Shown here: positions 22,242-31,776 of the stretch, one piece after another | Layout: every line of letters begins with the position of its first letter | How positions within the stretch are numbered: position 1 is the stretch's first letter | Program-made: the position numbers and the translations under genes | NCBI GenBank assembly: GCA_963745075.1 | Contig: CAVUWV010000001.1 | Coordinates: 288,001-352,000, forward strand | Source of the DNA: Candidatus Hydrogenedentota bacterium | GTDB lineage: Bacteria; Hydrogenedentota; Hydrogenedentia; Hydrogenedentales; SLHB01 | Length of the DNA stretch: 64,000 bases | Direction: 5' to 3' | The notes under the pieces: model-generated | What the model saw: only the letters and a program-made list of their open reading frames with translations | The model's database searches: none | What the model was told of the DNA's origin: nothing

Positions 22242-23663
22242 TTGGATACGAAAGGAGATTTGACTAAAGGTCTGATCGTGCCGGTCATGGTCATCGCGGC
22301 AATATTGGGGACTTCCGTTGTCGAAGTGGCTCACGCCGAAGACTATCTGATCGTTGCCACGGGGGATGACCTCCCCAAGGGCCTCGAAGCGGCCGTCGAA
22401 GCTGCTGGTGGTGTCGTGAAGCACCGGATGGACAAGATCGGATTGGCCGTCGCCGAGTCGGAAAACCCCGGTTTTGCGGAAGCGGCCTCGGCCATACCGG
22501 GGCTTCAGTATGTGACGCCGGATATCGAGATTCAGGCTTGGGGGACGGAATTTGTGCCGGTTTCCGGTGGCCAGGAGAACGGGGCTCAAGACTACTCGAA
22601 CCTGCAATGGCCGTTGGATGCGATGCAGGTTCGGGAGGCTTGGCAAGCGCTTGAAGCAGCCGGAAATCCCGGAGCGCGCGGTGCCGGTGTCCGAGTAGCC
22701 GTCATAGACCAGGGCATCGATACCGATCACCCGGATTTGGCGCCGAACCTGAATCTGGAATTGAGCCGCAGCTTTGTCGACGAACCACTCGAGCATCAGC
22801 TCGGCGGCCCGGTTCCGTTCAGCCACGGCACCTTCGTGTCCTGCATCATCGCGGGGGCCGATGACGGGGCGGGCATTGTGGGCGTTGTTCCGGAAGCGGA
22901 ACTCGTCCATCTGAAGTGCGGCAGGGATCTCACGGGCACACTGCCGAGTTCGGCCGTCCTGGAGGGAATCTACTATGCAGCGAACATCGGTGCCGACGTC
23001 ATCAACATGAGCATCGCCGGCTGCTTTCTCAAGTCCGGATACTACTTTTCCTCCATCAACCCCTATCGTGGGTTTTACGTCCAGGCCAATACGGTTGCAG
23101 CGGTGGTAATCGCCGAAAAGCGGGCAATAGCATATGCCCAAAAGATGGGCGCGACGGTGGTGGCGTGTGCCGGTAACGATGCGGTGGACCGGGACAAAAC
23201 GTGGGACTTGGTCCTTTGGCCCGGCGATTTGCCCAATGTCATCGAGGTGTCCGCCACAGGACCTAGAGGATGGTTCTACGATCAAAACACCGACCTTGAC
23301 GTGCCGGCGGAGTATACGAACTACGGTCAGTCGGTCATCGATCTCGCCGGGCCCGGCGGCTCCTACTTCCCGTGCTGGGTATCCGCCGACGGTTATCCCG
23401 GGACCACGCCCTGGTGGGCCTACGACTTGGTCATCAGCGCCACCCACGACGACAGTTGGGGATGGGCGGGCGGCACCAGCTTCTCCAGCCCGTACGTAGC
23501 GGGTGTCGCCGCTCTGGTCATTGCGGCCAATGGCGGCAGTATGCACCCGGACCACGTCCGTACCATCCTCGAGCAATCCGCCGATGACCTCGGCAAACCC
23601 GGAAACGACGACTACTACGGCGCCGGTCGTGTCAACGCGCTGAAGGCGGTTACCTTGAAGTAA
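22242..23663 (+). CDS. Secreted subtilisin-like S8 serine peptidase
   Basis: Catalytic motifs VAVIDQG, SHGTFV and GTSFSSP; oxyanion AGND; signal peptide and propeptide. Start may be the TTG at 22260. Confidence 0.92.
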   Translation: MDTKGDLTKGLIVPVMVIAAILGTSVVEVAHAEDYLIVATGDDLPKGLEAAVEAAGGVVKHRMDKIGLAVAESENPGFAEAASAIPGLQYVTPDIEIQAWGTEFVPVSGGQENGAQDYSNLQWPLDAMQVREAWQALEAAGNPGARGAGVRVAVIDQGIDTDHPDLAPNLNLELSRSFVDEPLEHQLGGPVPFSHGTFVSCIIAGADDGAGIVGVVPEAELVHLKCGRDLTGTLPSSAVLEGIYYAANIGADVINMSIAGCFLKSGYYFSSINPYRGFYVQANTVAAVVIAEKRAIAYAQKMGATVVACAGNDAVDRDKTWDLVLWPGDLPNVIEVSATGPRGWFYDQNTDLDVPAEYTNYGQSVIDLAGPGGSYFPCWVSADGYPGTTPWWAYDLVISATHDDSWGWAGGTSFSSPYVAGVAALVIAANGGSMHPDHVRTILEQSADDLGKPGNDDYYGAGRVNALKAVTLK

Positions 23664-23825
23664 CGTCGAAGATACGTCGGCCCAGGTGCGTGGTAGGAGG
23701 ACAAGAACGGTCACGACAACAGATACACATCGTATACGCTGCCGCGCGATTTCGATTAATCGGGTGGAAACGCGGGGGGCAGGTTTAACGGAATTGCAAC
23801 GACCATTTCGAAAGGAGACGGAAAA

Positions 23826-25265
23826 ATGAAGAAACGTAGCTGTTGTATCATCGCGGCCGTTTCGGTGGCGGCCGCCTCACTCCTCTGTCTCACGCAAAGC
23901 GCGTGGGCAGCAGACATAACCGTGAACGCCGGCGACGACCTTCAAGCGGCCATCGACGCGGCGGCCTCCGGCGACACCCTCTACCTCGCGGCGGGGACAT
24001 TCCAAGGCGGATTCGTCGTCGCCGGTAAAACACTCACCATCGTCGGCACGGCGGCGGACGCGGCCAACTGGGACATCCAGACCGCTCTCGACGGCCAAGG
24101 CAGCCAGACCGTGATGATGGTCGCGCCCGGCGCCGACGTGACGCTCTGCGCGCTGGTGATCGAGAACGGGTTCAGCGCTCTTCCGGGCGGAGGCGTGTGG
24201 AACATGGGCACGCTGACCGTCTTGAAGTGTGAGTTCGATGGGTGCTACTCCAACCTCGCCGGCGGCGCGATCATGAACTCGGGCACGCTGCAGGTCGACG
24301 GGTGCGCATTCGTGTCCAACTCGGGCCGTGCCGGCGGTGCGATCTCCAACGGCGGCCAGTTCCCCGCACCCGCTCCCGGAATCGCCGCGGTGATCGCGAA
24401 CTCCGATTTCCGCGACGGTTTCGCGCTCCTCGGCGGCGCCATTTGGAACGTCGAGCAGCTTACCATGGCAAACGACGTGCTAATCGGGAACTCGGCCATC
24501 GCGTTCGGCGGCGGGCTTCTCAATGTGGGTGAAGGCGGCGTCTACAACTGCACGTTTACCTTGAACGGCGCCAATGTCGGCGGGGGCATCTGCAACGGCC
24601 TGGCGGGCTATGCGGCCACGCTGAACGCAGTGAACTGCATACTCTGGCAGGATACGGCGTCAACCGCTGCTCCTGAGGTCGGATTTCACCCGGATCCCTC
24701 CGTCGTCGGGACCGTCGCGTACAGCGACGTGCAAGGCGGAATCCCCATTGAAGCGACAGACGGCGGCGGCAACATTAACGCCGACCCGCAACTTGTCGAC
24801 TCGGTGTATCCGGTGTACACGTCTCCCTGCATCAACACCGGAGACGACTCCGTCGTCAGCGCCGCCAACGGCTACCCGCAAGTGACCGGCCAGTATGTCG
24901 ACATGCTGAACAACCCACGGATTTCGGGCGGCGTGGTCGACATGGGCGCCGTTGAGCTCCAGTCCGTGCTGACCGTCTCCGGCGTGAACGTCATGCCCCG
25001 CAATGACAAGGTCGTCACCGTCACCGTGCAGATCGGCAATCCCAACGAGGACACCGCCTATGACGTGACCGTGACCGCGGCCAGCCTCAACGGCTCGGAC
25101 ACCAACTCGCCACTACCGCTGGTCTACGGCGCGATCAAACCGGGAGACAGCAAGAAATGCACCCTCCAGTTCAAGGAGGTCCCCTCGGGCGATCAGCTCC
25201 TAACCGTTCGCGGCACGTCCTCGCTGGGCGCTTTCGTCGTCACGCAGACGGTGACAGTACCTTAA
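23826..25265 (+). CDS. Secreted right-handed beta-helix (Pmp-like GGAI repeat) protein with choice-of-anchor-Q-like motif and C-terminal Ig-like domain
   Basis: Signal peptide, LQAAIDAA.SGDT, repeated GGAI/GGG.N, SPCINTGD...NPRISGGVVDMGAVE. Confidence 0.8.
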   Translation: MKKRSCCIIAAVSVAAASLLCLTQSAWAADITVNAGDDLQAAIDAAASGDTLYLAAGTFQGGFVVAGKTLTIVGTAADAANWDIQTALDGQGSQTVMMVAPGADVTLCALVIENGFSALPGGGVWNMGTLTVLKCEFDGCYSNLAGGAIMNSGTLQVDGCAFVSNSGRAGGAISNGGQFPAPAPGIAAVIANSDFRDGFALLGGAIWNVEQLTMANDVLIGNSAIAFGGGLLNVGEGGVYNCTFTLNGANVGGGICNGLAGYAATLNAVNCILWQDTASTAAPEVGFHPDPSVVGTVAYSDVQGGIPIEATDGGGNINADPQLVDSVYPVYTSPCINTGDDSVVSAANGYPQVTGQYVDMLNNPRISGGVVDMGAVELQSVLTVSGVNVMPRNDKVVTVTVQIGNPNEDTAYDVTVTAASLNGSDTNSPLPLVYGAIKPGDSKKCTLQFKEVPSGDQLLTVRGTSSLGAFVVTQTVTVP

Positions 25266-25397
25266 CGCACGGAGCCACCGGTCTCAGCGGCGGAGGCCCG
25301 TACAACCGGATCCGCGCCCGGCCGCAGGTCCGCGCGACTGGCGCGGATGCCCAATGAAGCCTCGACGCGGACCGGAACAGATGAAAGGAGGCGTGTC

Positions 25398-25859
25398 ATG
25401 TTCAAGAAGAACACAGTGGGGTGGGCGGTCGTGTTGCTTGCCTTGGCTGCGGTTGTGGCGGCGGGTCCGTCAGCCGTGGGCAAGGGCTTCAAGAGCAACT
25501 GGCCTTCGAAAGCCAGCTGCAACCTGCTCCCAACGGCCGTGGAGCCTCACGCTTCAGGCCGGGCCAATGTCACTGACGTGACGTTTCCACCCCCGGATTG
25601 GTGGGCCCCTCCGTACGGAACGCTGGCGGTCACCGGCAGAGGTCTGACGCCCGGTGAAACCTACTCCGTAACGTACTGCGGCTACTACGGCTGGAACACG
25701 TACTACTCCGGAGACGCCGACAAGAAAGGCAATCTGTACCCGCCGGTGCAGTCCATCGATTTGGCCTACGTGGTCCCAGTGATCATTGCCAATGCCAATG
25801 GTGAAACTGTGCTCGAGGGAACGGTCGTCCTTCACCGGGACTTGCCGGAACCTTCCTGA
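25398..25859 (+). CDS. Small secreted hypothetical protein
   Basis: RBS GAAAGGAGG before ATG 25398; signal-peptide-like N-terminus. Confidence 0.65.
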   Translation: MFKKNTVGWAVVLLALAAVVAAGPSAVGKGFKSNWPSKASCNLLPTAVEPHASGRANVTDVTFPPPDWWAPPYGTLAVTGRGLTPGETYSVTYCGYYGWNTYYSGDADKKGNLYPPVQSIDLAYVVPVIIANANGETVLEGTVVLHRDLPEPS

Positions 25860-26108
25860 GGAACGGGAGCGGCCGGGGAGGCCAAGGCGCCAACCCAGAC
25901 CCTCCCCGGTCGAAACAGCTCAAAAGAGTACCAGTTGTTGGGGGATTCTGATATTCATCGAGGGCACTTCCTGTCGCGACAATCACGACCCCATGTGGAT
26001 CGCTACCCAGTTCGAAATTCTTGCTTTAGGCTCGTTGACAAACTCGGCAATCGGCATGACACCTTCGTGCAATTGGACCGGGTTCCGGCTCCATCGTCCG
26101 GCCCGCCA

Positions 26109-26160
26109 CGAAATGGTGCAATTCATGCTCCGGCAGTTTAAGATGGGCAATGCGGAATAG
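26109..26160 (+). repeat. Right copy of the 31-bp repeat, continuing as an orphan alternative hydrolase C-terminus (EMVQFMLRQFKMGNAE*)
   Basis: Matches the hydrolase end EMVKFMLRQFGMIDSG* in frame and has the same distance to the stop codon. Confidence 0.8.
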
Positions 26161-26187
26161 TACGGACTGCGTAATTAAGGAGGGGAT

Positions 26188-26928
26188 ATGCGTATTCAAG
26201 TGCACATGCTTTTGATGATGGGGGGCATGGTGACGGCGGCGGTGGTAATGGCGGCGCCCGCGCACGCGGAAGACCCGGGGCCGGTCAAATGTCTCATGAT
26301 GGGGATGGGCCCTCACGGCGAAGTCACGATGACCGACGTGTTGGCGGACATTAAAGCCAACTATCCGACGGTGGAGATCACCGCGACGGAAAACGTGGAC
26401 GATCTCAAGATCGAGAATCTCAAGAATTATGACGTATTGCTCATGGTCCAGATGAAGGTGGACAACAACCCGCCGGATTTCGTGAAAGAGTCGATCCCGC
26501 AGTTCTTGAAAGACGGCGGCGGTCTCGTCGTGACGCACTTCGCCGTGGCGAATGTGCAGGAGTGGCGGGACTCCATCGACATCTTCGGCGCGATGTGGGT
26601 GAACGGCAAATCGACCCACCTCCCGTATCACGAGTTCAGCGTCGATATAACGAACGAGGCCCATCCGATCCTGGAAGGCGTCAAGCCCTTTACGACGAAC
26701 GACGAACTCTATTTCAATCTCCTCATGCGCCCGGACATGAACGTGATCATGACGGCCGACGAGGAACGCTTCGGACACACGGTCGCCGAGCCCATGCTCG
26801 CGACGCACTACGTGGAAAACGCGCGCTGCGTGTATTTCGCTCTCGGCCATGACGTGAAGTCGTGCGAACCGCCCCAGTACCGGCAAATCCTCGTGCAGTC
26901 CATCGAATGGGCCGCGTGCCGCCGGTAG
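26188..26928 (+). CDS. Exported ThuA-like (class I glutamine amidotransferase fold) protein
   Basis: Signal peptide; FLKDGGGLVVTH, HPILEGV..F...DELY and YFALGHD. Confidence 0.85.
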   Translation: MRIQVHMLLMMGGMVTAAVVMAAPAHAEDPGPVKCLMMGMGPHGEVTMTDVLADIKANYPTVEITATENVDDLKIENLKNYDVLLMVQMKVDNNPPDFVKESIPQFLKDGGGLVVTHFAVANVQEWRDSIDIFGAMWVNGKSTHLPYHEFSVDITNEAHPILEGVKPFTTNDELYFNLLMRPDMNVIMTADEERFGHTVAEPMLATHYVENARCVYFALGHDVKSCEPPQYRQILVQSIEWAACRR

Positions 26929-26952
26929 ATTTCGACATATTGTTGGCATTGG

Positions 26953-27822
26953 TTGCGGCGGCGTCCGATTCTATTCGACAGGACGCCGCCGGTTTTTGAA
27001 ATGAGGGAACCGTCACGCGCGCGAGTGCGTCTCGATGTTTTTGAAGGCTGCTGCGAGGGATTTATCAAGTTGCTTGGCACGTTGGCACAAATCGCTATCG
27101 TTTCCGCGAGTCTTTGGCTTCTTATGTCGCACGGGTTGCCGGTTGAACCGGCCGCATTCGCTCCCACCCCCGAACTCGCGTATGCGTTGCAAACTCCCTT
27201 CGCCTCGGAGACGAAGGCAGAAAGCGCGGATCAGCTGAAACAACTCGGCATTGTGTTGAGGATGTTCGCGAACGAGAGTCGCGGTGAGGTGTTTCCGTCG
27301 CTCGATTCGCGCCCGGGAAACCTGATGATGCGGGCCTCGGAAATCTTTCCCGAGTATGTCGTGGACACGTCCGTTTTCGTGTCTCCTGCCTATCCGGACG
27401 CTGCCAGGCTCAAGGAACAAGCCGCGCAGAAACCGCTATCGCTAATCGACGACCGCAGCTATTGGTACCTTGGCTATGCGATACTCAATGAAGATCGGGG
27501 TCTTTCCTTCATTGAAGGCTATCGGAAAGCAGTCGAGGAAGAGGGCGTTCCCACGGATGATCTCAAGGCGTCCGGCGGCGCGATATACCGCCTTCGGGAA
27601 GGCGTCGAACGGATTCTCATTTCAGACATCAACAATCCGGACGCGGCGGCGCAAGTCCGCTCCCGGATCCCCGTTATGATCGAGCGTCCGGAACTCGAAG
27701 GCGGCGGTTCCAATGTGCTGTTTCTCGACGGACGCGTCGTGTTCATGAAGTATCCCGGACCGTTCCCCATGACGAAGAAGTTTATCGAGGCGCTGAAGTC
27801 ACTGGATGAATTGAAGCCGTGA
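26953..27822 (+). CDS. DUF1559/H-X9-DG-CTERM-like protein (start uncertain)
   Basis: QLKQLGIVLRMFANES.G..FP, IYRLREGVERILI.DINNP and GGSNVLFLDGRV.F..YP. Confidence 0.7.
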   Translation: MRRRPILFDRTPPVFEMREPSRARVRLDVFEGCCEGFIKLLGTLAQIAIVSASLWLLMSHGLPVEPAAFAPTPELAYALQTPFASETKAESADQLKQLGIVLRMFANESRGEVFPSLDSRPGNLMMRASEIFPEYVVDTSVFVSPAYPDAARLKEQAAQKPLSLIDDRSYWYLGYAILNEDRGLSFIEGYRKAVEEEGVPTDDLKASGGAIYRLREGVERILISDINNPDAAAQVRSRIPVMIERPELEGGGSNVLFLDGRVVFMKYPGPFPMTKKFIEALKSLDELKP

Positions 27823-28709
27823 AATCTGCAAGTGCAGTGCTTTTCAACAGGAGAGCCACCGTGTTGACGACGATCCTGATCACGATGTTGTCCGTTCAAT
27901 CCGGCGCAGAACCGACCACCGAAGAACCTCCCGCACAGCCGATCCGGCTCGCGCTCATGCACGGCGTGCCGGTGAAGTGGGACGTGGACGCCAACTTCAA
28001 GGTTTTTCTTGGCTGTCTGGAGCAAGCCTCGTCCGATCGCGCCGACATCTTCATCACGCCGGAGTGCTGGCTGGACGGCTACGCTGCGCCGGACAAGACA
28101 TCCACCCCGGAGAAGCTGCGGACCATCGCCCAGGACATGGACGCCAGCCCCTTCATCCAGCGCGTCGCGAAAGAGGCCAAAGATCGTTCCATGATGATCT
28201 GCTTCGGATTCACCTCGCTGGAGGACGGCAAGATTTACAACACGTCCGGTCTTTGGGATGCCGAAGGCAACCGGATCGGCGTGTATCACAAGACCCATTT
28301 ACAGGCCCACGATCTGCAATTCAGTTTCGGACAGAGCATCCCGGTTTGGCCGTCGAAATACGGACCCCTCGGCATGATGATCTGCGCCGACCGCCGCTGG
28401 CCCGAAACGGTCCGCACCCTGCGCCTCGAAGGGGCGAAACTCATCCTAAACCCCACCTATGGCTTCCACGGCGACATGAACACGGCCATCATGCGGACCC
28501 GGTCTTTCGAGAACCAATGCTTCATCGCGTTCACCCACCCGGAAGAAAGCCTCGTAACGGGACCCAAAGGCCAGATTCTCGCCCAGTGGACGGGCTCCGA
28601 CCCCGGGGTCCTCGTCTGTGAAATCGACTTGTCCCTGGCCAAAGACGACAACCACCTCCACGACCGCCGCCCCGAACTCTACGGCATCATCACGCAACAA
28701 GGGAAGTGA
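27819..28709 (+). CDS. Carbon-nitrogen hydrolase (nitrilase family)
   Basis: Triad motifs TPEC, YHKTHL and ICADRRWPE; C-terminal DRRPELY. Confidence 0.9.
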   Translation: MKSASAVLFNRRATVLTTILITMLSVQSGAEPTTEEPPAQPIRLALMHGVPVKWDVDANFKVFLGCLEQASSDRADIFITPECWLDGYAAPDKTSTPEKLRTIAQDMDASPFIQRVAKEAKDRSMMICFGFTSLEDGKIYNTSGLWDAEGNRIGVYHKTHLQAHDLQFSFGQSIPVWPSKYGPLGMMICADRRWPETVRTLRLEGAKLILNPTYGFHGDMNTAIMRTRSFENQCFIAFTHPEESLVTGPKGQILAQWTGSDPGVLVCEIDLSLAKDDNHLHDRRPELYGIITQQGK

Positions 28710-28754
28710 AGCCTAACCAGACTTGCAGAAAGTGCGAAAGGGTTCGAACTGGGG

Positions 28755-28773
28755 CACGGGCGTCTCGCCCGTG
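28755..28773. repeat. REP-like palindrome gcacgggcgtctcgcccgtg
   Basis: Short GC-rich hairpin cacgggcg/cgcccgtg downstream of the nitrilase gene. Confidence 0.55.
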
Positions 28774-28866
28774 TTCTTCATTTGAGAAACCCGCAATGTG
28801 CGATCGGAGAGTGACAGAACCCGAAGGAGTCGCAACAGAAAGCTCAGTTCCCGATCGTGAACTGTG

Positions 28867-28920
28867 GTCCATATCGTCCATACTGTCCATATCGTCCATA
28901 AGGTCCATAAGGTCCATAAG
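28867..28920. repeat. Nonamer tandem repeat (GTCCATANN)x6
   Basis: gtccatatc gtccatact gtccatatc gtccataag gtccataag gtccataag; related tracts near 56339-56372 and 57243-57275. Confidence 0.85.
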
Positions 28921-29210
28921 AACCTTCCGACCCTGCACAAATCTGGCAGCCTCAACCGTGGGTAGGGAAAGACGAACGGGGCAGCGGACGCATCGCGGAG
29001 GGGCATGAGCAAGGACCACGCAGAACTACTGCGGCGATTCTATGAGTCCAACCGCGCCGAACGGGTAGCCGATCCCGCGCGTCAATGTCAGGCAGATCAC
29101 AGGTGGAGGCACCTGTGCAACACGGCAAACTGAACTTGTATGATTCCTGGATTATCGATCCGAATTTCTGACAATTCCAAAAGATGCTGATTGGAAAACC
29201 GGATACTCAA

Positions 29211-30038
29211 TGCTGACCCGAAACGTGTGGCACAGCCGCCCCCGGCTGTGGTCTTTCAAAAATCCCCGGGCATCCGCCTCGGATACTCGCTCAACTCCAG
29301 CAATGCATACAGCAACAGCCCAACCCCGTCCGTCGACTCGTAGTACGGTTTGACGACACCTATCCCGCACAACAGACGGAACGTTCCGTTCAAATCGCTG
29401 GCAATTCCGAATGCGTCAATTGTAAGACCCAAAACTTAGTGCTGACCCGAAACGTGTGGCACAGCCGCCCCCGGCTGTGGTCTTTCAAAAATCCCCCGGC
29501 ATCCGCTTCGGATACTCGCTCAACTCCAGCAATGCATACAGCAACAGCCCAACCCCGTCCGTCGATTCGTAGTACGGTTTGACGACACCTATCCCGCACA
29601 ACAGACGGAACGTTCCGTTCAAATCGCTGGCAATTCCGAATGCGTCAATTGTAAGACCCAAAACTTAGTGCTGACCCGAAACGTGTGGCACAGCCGCCCC
29701 CGGCTGTGGTCTTTCAAAAATCCCCGGGCATCCGCCTCGGATACTCGCTCAACTCCAGCAACGCATACAGCAACAGCCCAACCCCGTCCGTCGATTCGTA
29801 GTACGGTTTGACGACACCTATCCCGCACAACAGACGGAACGTTCCGTTCAAATCGCTGGCAATTCCGAATGCGTCAATTGTAAGACCCAAAACTTAGTGC
29901 TGACCCGAAACGTGTGGCACAGCCGCCCCCGGCTGTGGTCTTTCAAAAATCCCCGGGCATCCGCTTCGGGTACTCGCTCAACTCCAGCAATGCATACAGC
30001 AACAACCCAACCCCATCCGTCGACTCGTAATACGGCTT
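29211..30038. repeat. 229-bp tandem array: 96-bp copies of the neighbouring gene's 3' end alternating with an invariant 133-bp REP-containing segment
   Basis: Unit starts at 29211, 29440, 29669 and 29898. Gene-end copies lie at 29256-29351, 29485-29580 and 29714-29809; the live gene end is 29943-30038. Confidence 0.95.
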
Positions 30039-31450
30039 CGCCGGATGCCCCTTGAACCAGCCGTTCACGTACAACTTGTCGATGGCCTCATCCGCCAGAT
30101 CGATCGCCGTCTCCAAATCAGCCGGGTCCCCCGTCGCGTAATGCAAGTGCAGAAAAAACGAGATCGCCCGGCCGTAATTCTCCGCGTACGTGCCGCCCGT
30201 TTGTTCCGCTTCCGGCAGACATTCCAACAGTTCCTTCTTCCAGCGACGCCCGATCTGCGGCGGGAGGCTCTCGCGGATGTTCTCCGCCCAGTGCCGGGCG
30301 CTCTCCAATGCGTCCGGATCGCCGGTCAGTTCATACGCGTAGATCGACGTCTGCGCCGCGATCATCGGGAATTCATACGAAAACATCACCGTGCGCCAGA
30401 TGTCGATGTAGCCAACCGGCTTCCACAAGTCGTAATGATCGTCCATCTGCTGGTCCATCACCGGCGTCCCGTCGAGCGCCAGCATCGCCCGCCACTGATG
30501 CGCGTCCCCGTCCCAGCCGTATTTCAAGTAGGCCTTGATGTAGGCGAGAGCCACGTCTTGAAACCAGGGGTCGCCCGTCAACTCATACGCCCGCAACAAC
30601 GCCGCCGCATGGGGTCCCGTGATCGTCGTGAAGCAATGGTTCGCGTCGTACCGGTCGCCCGTGCTCGGTGCGTCGGGCGCCAGATTGGTTTCCGGATTGC
30701 GCGCGTTCCAGTGCCGGCCCGCCACGATCTTGCCCACGACAGATACTTCGGATCGCCTGTCTTGCCGTACATGAACGCGAAGGCCTGCAACATAGGATCC
30801 GCCCGCGAACGCAAAATCGCACCCCACGCTCTTGTCATCGTGGCGATTGAACAGGCCCGTCTCCTTGTCCACCACGTGCCATTCCCAGATCCCCTCGACC
30901 TCTTGGCGGAACAGGTCCGGCGTCACGCGCCACATCCGCTCCCATTCCGGCAGGAGCACCAGAATCTCGTGAGGACCCTTGCCGTCCTGGTCACCCCCGG
31001 GCGCGTCCGTGTACGCGTCGTAGAAGATATGCGAACCCCAGGCCAACATGCCGTTCTCTTTTCGCGAACGCTCGAAGAAGACGCGGACGTAGTCGTCACA
31101 GGCCTGCCGCGTACCGGTCGTCGCCCGGTGAGGTCGCTCAGCGCGTAAAGCGTCCGCAGCAAGGGCTGGTCTTCCCAAAGGTCGCTTCCCGCAGGATTTC
31201 GCCGATGCTGGCGCTCCTCACACCGGATATATCCGTCGAGGGGAAGTGGTTCCCGGGGCGATTCGCCCGTGCTCACGTCGATAATGCTCATGAAAAGCGG
31301 CGTGGAAAGGTCCCCATAATGATCGCGGCCGTATTCCAGCATATGGTCCGCCTGCGACTGGACGCAGGCTCGATACGTACCGGCCTTGTCCGCAGGGACC
31401 TGGCCCAAGACCGAAGCCCAGAGCAGTGCGGCGGCGACAGCGACGCGCAT
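29943..31450 (-). CDS. Secreted (alpha/alpha)-toroid protein resembling family-2 periplasmic pectate lyases; frameshifted as given
   Basis: GGAGG RBS and signal peptide at 31450; DQPLLRTLYALSDLTG and GMLAWGSHIFYD resemble PL2 motifs; reading-frame breaks near 31120 and 30730-30785. Confidence 0.6.
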
Positions 31451-31776
31451 GGACGGAACTCCTCCCCGCAATTGGTGTTAAGTGTATTAGACCACACTCC
31501 AATCTTGTGATACCACGACTGCGCATACCGAAACGTTGTGGAAAGTAACAATCCTGGGGTAATTGACCGAATATGCGAGAACTTCCGAATGTAGAGAATG
31601 CTGTCAAACAAATGGCAGCTTTCGCCGTTCTATGCAGAAGCGTCAAACTTACAGGATCTTTAGCGATTCTCAACGCCGGTCCGTGACATAGATCGCAATA
31701 TAAGGGAAATTATAGATATTAGTTCTGGACAATCCCAGGCTCTTCTGATATGCTATCAGTAGAAAGGGTGTCAAAA

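Noticed and set aside
22167..23714. Long antisense ORFs (e.g. 515 aa here, also 8180-9310 and 49652-51175)
   Set aside because: GC-rich shadows of well-supported genes on the opposite strand.
29152..29828. Three ~70-aa minus-strand ORFs (MRDRCRQTVLR...)
   Set aside because: Alternative-frame readings of the repeat; the substitutions are synonymous in the parent gene's frame.
29211..30038. CRISPR array or DGR template/variable repeat
   Set aside because: The constant part is 133 bp. Differences are synonymous and not adenine-specific. No reverse transcriptase or cas gene is present.
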